From Azolla caroliniana (Eukaryota; Plantae; Polypodiophyta): 64,000 bases of DNA. The notes beneath the pieces were generated by a model, which saw only the letters and a list, made by a program, of their open reading frames with translations, searched no databases and was not told the DNA's origin. The stretch is taken from NCBI GenBank assembly GCA_043228905.1, contig JBHGNT010000006.1, positions 4,836,001 to 4,900,000 on the forward strand, in the 5' to 3' direction. The translations under genes were made by a program, and so were the position numbers. Shown piece after piece: positions 59,601-64,000 of the stretch (the stretch's first letter is position 1; each line of letters starts with the position of its first letter).

Positions 59601-60660
59601 GCAGTAAATGAAATCGAGCTGCGTAGAGCTAAAAACTCAACAATATCATCAATTCTGATGAATTTGGAGTCTCGGGTAAGCTAGATGTTTGATGTCCTTA
59701 CTACACAATTAAAGCATATCATACATCCAAATGTTATTCATGTACAGGTTGTTGTGACTGAAGACATTGGAAGACAAATTTTGACGTATGGGCATAGGTA
59801 GGTGACAGGTCCAAAAGGAATTCTAACATTTGTTTTTGTGTACATTCTCTAAATGTTTGCATATTATTGTGTTTGTCCAGGAAGCCTGTTCAAAGCTTTA
59901 TTGATCAGGTCACTAGCATAACCGCAGATGATATACACAAGATTGCAGCAAAAATTCTAGCAACACCATTAACCTTGGCTTCTTTGGGTGATGGTATGAA
60001 TCTTCTACTTGTAAAATGTGTTTTTTGCTCAGTTTTACCTATACCAGAGCTTTTATCATTGGTAGTGTTAACTGAACCAAGAGATTATAGAAGTCTATTT
60101 TTCTAGACATTCAAGGCTATGAATTAGTGGATATGAGGCTGCGATCAAGCAGCCAAATGTGTTGCATCTGGATTTACTTATGAAGCCAGCAAGCATGTAA
60201 ACAGGCAGGGAACAAAGAAGTTATATTCAGAATTTATGGGTTCATTCGACCCAATTTTATCTTATGTTGGACAAAGCTCAGGTTAGGAAACTTTTCTAGG
60301 TTTGAGTTATCATGGAAGAAAAAAATTTGTAGAGGTGGTTTCGACCCGGAAAACAATTAAGAAAAAGCGTTCAACTGAAAATAATAGTTAGGGAATGCCT
60401 ACCATGAAATATATAAAGACAAGCTCACCAAAAAATTATAAGAGTACTTGTAGTGTTGATAAAATATAACAAATGCCTTAATCTTCATATTAATGTATAT
60501 ATAAACATATTGAGTGGTAATGTATATGCATAATTGGTATTTGTGCATCTTGATATTTTTGTATTATCATTTCTCATGACAATATCCTAAATGCTGCTAA
60601 ATATGTGCAGTTACTCATGTCCCTCGGTATGAAGAAGTATCTCATGTATTTGAGCATTGA
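44695..60660 (+). CDS. MPPA: Mitochondrial processing peptidase alpha subunit (M16 family), about 13 exons: 44695-44733, about 44909-45167, 46072-46368, 46460-46627, 51317-51499, about 51588-51668, 59060-59126, 59231-59328, 59418-59490, 59605-59675, 59748-59797, 59881-59993, 60611-60660
   Basis: ITTLDNGLKIASE, AHLLERMAFKSTLNRSHFRLVRE, ENYTAPRMVLAASGVNH, the glycine-rich loop [32 protein letters not shown] and LMNLESRVVVTEDIGRQIL, joined by GT-AG junctions. Confidence 0.93.
45270..46050. repeat. Degenerate minisatellite (unit about 45-55 bp) filling intron 2 of MPP alpha
   Basis: Recurring unit close to tgtcagattatgcatgatgtttgatcttggattgatcactattgattggctca, repeated more than ten times. Confidence 0.75.
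48027..48900 (-). mobile_element. Degenerate Ty3/gypsy pol fragments in MPP alpha intron 4
   Basis: Minus-strand peptides KVAYNLDLPTGSRIYPVFHV (integrase C-terminal region) and IAMDFVVGLP (integrase core start), interrupted by stops. Confidence 0.65.
49580..51030 (-). mobile_element. Ty1/copia (Tnt1-like) internal fragment: gag, zinc knuckle, protease, GAG-pre-integrase and integrase N-terminus; no LTRs seen
   Basis: LLDSWEKLIVTL, CFY..KLGHFQKNC, VVDLGASFH, VPEVRLNLISAGRLDDEGY, LWHKRL, YFVTFIDDYS and DNGREY, with frameshifts. Confidence 0.88.
51947..52798 (+). CDS. LINE ORF1 (coiled coil plus RRM-like and C-terminal domain). The frame is open back to about 51839 without an upstream ATG, so it is probably 5'-truncated
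   Basis: E/K-rich heptad region, then RVG...FIIRF and IYLDDDLTPAQ...RKEGKWAVYRDGKVII, resembling L1/RTEX-type ORF1 C-termini. Confidence 0.75.
   Translation: MIAQEINRIREDIEIALKEEMKKEIEKQKSELYASIKAELLEEMRKDIISHVEKSHLELKDDMTQYLKDEISSSKVELGAIKVDFGQEAVERCISTVKANVTKEMQTWADIAKDAKAQAEHAQNEIKVNAPWIEVVKKQKGTSMDRMAMMNATLEEEAKRKGRALHVRVVGWAEKGSPQEDAKNLATKIGASDIPFASAWRVGRDESRAKAFIIRFMDIDKKKAFLSKRKALKGEKIYLDDDLTPAQVAHRKENMPRVLDARKEGKWAVYRDGKVIITEKRTA
52805..56492 (+). CDS. LINE ORF2: APE endonuclease plus reverse transcriptase plus C-terminal CCHC region, with one frameshift near 56030
   Basis: IWNCNG, TETH, GGVAM, LLGDFNART, STVDY and DH (endonuclease); NYRTI, QAGF, FVDFRKAFDTV, GVKQGCPLSPTLF, LLYADD and YLG (RT). 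ICQLC...EEHYVC continues as FYEIRGRYHCLF in another frame. Confidence 0.92.
56775..58810 (+). mobile_element. Older, degraded, 5'-truncated copy of the same LINE family (RT to 3' end)
   Basis: Colinear with 54035-56670 (agtaaaagagcatggaaaatgtttaatgagagg ... taggccatt...ttaatata), with many stops and indels. Confidence 0.9.
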
Positions 60661-61339
60661 TTAAACTGGACTGAAGCAGTGCAACATGTTCTCCTTGGAT
60701 GGTGATGGTAGGACATAAGTGGACGACTATTCAAATGGACATAGATGCGGCTTGATTTCCTCCTAACAGTATATCGTAATAATACACAATTTACAAGCTT
60801 TCTGGTCATATACTTGTTGAGAAATATGGCGAGAAATCCTTGTAATACATTTTGCAGAAAATTTGGGTCGTTAATAAGTTTAATTCTACCCACAATATAT
60901 ATACCGCAAAGAAGTTATAAAGTGTATACTTGTATTTCATTAAATGATTAAGGTTTACTTTCAGAATATGAGATCAACTGCAGTGTCCTACAGACAGTAA
61001 TTGAAGCAGTGTTAGAAAGACGAGCTGTCTATATTTTACTGAAGTAATAATGACGTATATATGGCATTTGATTCCTAAGATGTTTTCTGGATCACATGTA
61101 AGGAATATAGATTTTGAACGGGCATGTACCATAGTATGAATTTTATAGCCACTTACTGATGACATTTCACTTTTTGTATGTCTTTCGAGCATGTTTCTAA
61201 TGCATGCCTATCAAGTTTCCTTCTTTGGTCTTGTGATGCCTAATATTTGAATGATGGATCAAATCTATTGCTCAATCCTACTTTTAGAAGCAAGCTAGTA
61301 AATTATATCAAACTAATTATATCATAACCAAAATTATCT

Positions 61340-62445
61340 AGGGAGCATTCTAAATTGTCCTTAGGTGGGTGTAGATACCCAATCCTACTTCTTGCATATG
61401 GGCTTTGCTATTTAAGGGGTTGTCCTAGGTTGGAACAAGATTTGGAATGCACCAACACCTTTATTAAGCATCATCTTCTTGATAGGTGTAGATAAATAAC
61501 CGCAATATTTTTTTGAGTCTAATATTGACCCATGTGAATCAAGCACACAAGTCTTCTTAATGTGTGCCTCCTTCCTAGAAAGGATATTCATACTTTGATC
61601 TTAAGACACATCGTATCATGAAGATGGCGATTAACCTTTCCTCAATAACATATTTCATAACCCGTCTTCTAATCCATTTTTTTATGTCAACTACCAACTA
61701 GATGAGAGAATGTTTTTCCTTTGATTCTTTTGGTGTTTACATCCAACATCCAACTAATGTTTTACCATATTCTTGACTTTTCTAATGTATCTACATACCC
61801 TATGTCGTGTCAATATCTCTATAGACCTATTTCCAAGAGCATAACTTGATAGGAGGTGGATGTAACTATCAAATTTTTTCTTAGAAAATATTTTGAATCT
61901 TCTTAATCTCAAACCATGCATTATGAAGGATAGTGCCTCCCCACCCACTTGTTCCATAAAGGAAATCTTTTGTTACCACAACATTCATTCATTTCATTTC
62001 CCATCCATGGGTATTCTTAGGTTGCATTAATCCTCTAATATATAATAACTTTTCCAACCAACTTGAACCCTAAATGCAAAGCACACACACCAACCATTCA
62101 CCACGTTTTCTAATTTATCAATGCATAAACCAAAGAGTGTAGGTGATATTGAACACCTTTGCTTAACCCCCATTTCTTAAAAATTATTTTGAGAAACCAC
62201 TCTCAGTCGTTAGTTCACATCTAACTTGCTCATATGACCTTGCAAGAACAATTTGGTGCTCTAATTGCATAAACCAAAGTGTGACCAAGTTGCTCTAATT
62301 GCATAAACCAAAGAGTGATAGTGATAATGGACATCCTTGCTTAACCCCCACGTTGTTTCATTTTGAGAAACCATTAACCATTTTTAGTTCACATCTAACT
62401 TGCTTTTATATAACCTTGCAAAAGCAACTTGATACTCTAATTGCA
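61340..62445 (-). mobile_element. Highly degraded LINE RT fragments with an internal tandem duplication of about 180 bp
   Basis: Minus-strand GVKQGCPLSLSLFGLC (about 62349) and GVKQRCSISPTLFGLCI (about 62170). The left boundary is approximate. Confidence 0.6.
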
Positions 62446-62449
62446 AGTG

Positions 62450-64000
62450 AAATCGCCATCTTCATGATACGATGTACAAGGTTGTATCAAGACCAAAGCG
62501 AGTAAGACTGAATTGATTGTGTAACATGAGAGATTTGAACTCTCGCAGGGAAAACCAATGTACTTAGCAGGCACACGCCTTAACGACTTGGCCAAAGTGA
62601 CCTTGAAAATAAATAACTCTCAATGAAATTCATACCATGATATGATTTAGAGAGTTGTCTCAAGATCAAAGCGAAGAGTAAGATTGAACTAGTCACGTCA
62701 CCTGAGAGATTCGAACTCTCGTGGGGAAACCCCATGTACTTAGCAGGCACACGCCTTAACCACTCGGCCAAAGTGACCTCGTTACGAAATAGCAACTTGA
62801 TACTATTACCGAAATCACCATCTTCATGATACGATGTAGAAAGTTGTCTCAAGATCAACCGAAATTGACATCTTCATGATGATATGATGCAAAAAGCTTG
62901 TCTTAAGATAAAAGCGAAGAGTAGGATTGAAAGTCTAGTCACGTCACCTAAGAGATTCGAACTCTCGCGGGGAAACTTCATGTACTTGATAATATGTTTA
63001 GAGAACTTGGAAGAGTAGGATCAAAAGTCTAGTCACGTCACCTAAGATATTCGAACTCTCGCGGGGAAACTTCATGTACTTGATAATATGTTTAGAGAAC
63101 CTTAACAACTCAACCAAAGTGACCTTGTTATGGAAGAGGAACTTCATATTATTATTTCAACCAAAATCACCATCTTCATGATACGAAACCGTACCGAACA
63201 GTAAGATTAAAGTCTAGTCACGTCACCTGAGAGATTCAAACTCTCACACCCCATGTACTTAGCAGGCACACGCATTAACCACTCGGCCAAAGTGACCTTG
63301 TTATGGAAGAGGAACTTGATATTATTATTCCAACCGAAATCGCCATTATCATACAATGTAGAAAGTTGTCTCAAGATGAACCGAAATCGACATCCTTAAG
63401 ATCAATGCAAAGAGTAAGATTGAAAGTCTAGTCACGTCACCTGAGAGATTCGACCTCTTGCGTGGAAACCCCATGTACTTAGCAGGCACACGCCTTAACT
63501 ACTCAGCCAAAGCAACCGAAATCGCCATCTTCATACGATATAGGAAGTTATCTCAAGTTCAACCGAAATCGACATCTTCATGGTAGGACACAAGATCAAA
63601 GCGAAGAGTAAGATTGAAAGTCCAGTCATGTCATGAGAGATTCAAACTCTCGCGGGAAACCCGACATACTTAGCAGGCACACGCCTTAACCACTCGGTCA
63701 AAGCGACTTTGTTATGGAAGACTACTATTCCAAACGAAATCGCCATCTTCATGATACGATGTAGAAAGCTGTCTGAAGATCAACCGAAATCGACATCTTC
63801 ATTATGATATGATGCAGAGAAAGCTTGTGAAATCGACATCTTCATGGTAGGATTGAAAGTCTAGCCACATCACCTGACAGATTCGAACTCTTGCAGGGAA
63901 ACCCCATGTACTTAGCAGGCACGCGCCTTAACCACTCGGCCAAAGTGAACTTGTTATGAAAGAGGAATTTGATACTATTATACAAACCGAAATCGACATC
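62450..64000 (-). repeat. Tandem array of tRNA-Ser(GCT)-derived units (at least 8, mostly about 175-250 bp period), continuing past the window end
   Basis: tRNA-like segments at about 62521-62601, 62696-62777, 62942-62987, 63035-63123, 63221-63296, 63435-63516, 63629-63707 and 63868-63948. They are separated by shared spacer motifs aaccgaaatcg(c/a)catcttcatgatacgatgtagaaagttgtctcaagatcaa and gaagagtaagattgaaagtctagtca. Confidence 0.93.
62696..62777 (-). tRNA. Best-preserved array unit: possibly functional tRNA-Ser(GCT)
   Basis: Reverse complement is GTCACTTTGGCCGAGTGGTTAAGGCGTGTGCCTGCTAAGTACATGGGGTTTCCCCACGAGAGTTCGAATCTCTCAGGTGACG: 3 differences from 9635-9716, all stems still pair, A and B boxes intact, but no T-run terminator. 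Confidence 0.55.

Noticed and set aside
62450-64000. CRISPR-like repeat-spacer appearance
   Set aside because: The repeats are tRNA-Ser derived, the spacers are similar to each other rather than unique, there are no cas genes and the context is eukaryotic.

Overview
Gene-dense nuclear DNA from a land plant, probably a seed-free plant such as a fern; this is inferred from the ALS motif [12 protein letters not shown], a PLS-type PPR gene, a two-ORF RTE-like LINE and GT-AG spliceosomal introns. Apparently intact genes: adenylate kinase 6, PAM16, a PPR protein, a fasciclin-like arabinogalactan protein, acetolactate synthase, an LRR-VIII-1/HPCA1-like receptor kinase, a divergent Dof-like zinc-finger protein and the mitochondrial processing peptidase alpha subunit (about 16 kb, with introns full of retroelements). 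There are two tRNA-Ser(GCT) genes and one tRNA-Val(AAC). Broken genes: an intronless fungal-like MYND/DUF4470 gene, a hexokinase fused to a duplicate of the tRNA-Val region, an intronless RPS20 copy and an inverted, internally deleted copy of the Dof-like gene. The most unusual structure is a tandem array of at least 8 tRNA-Ser(GCT)-derived units with conserved spacers and no clear Pol III terminators (62450 to the window end). Also notable is a head-to-tail stack of LINE 3' ends in one intron. All calls come from reading the sequence; no database searches were run, and exon boundaries were placed by eye.
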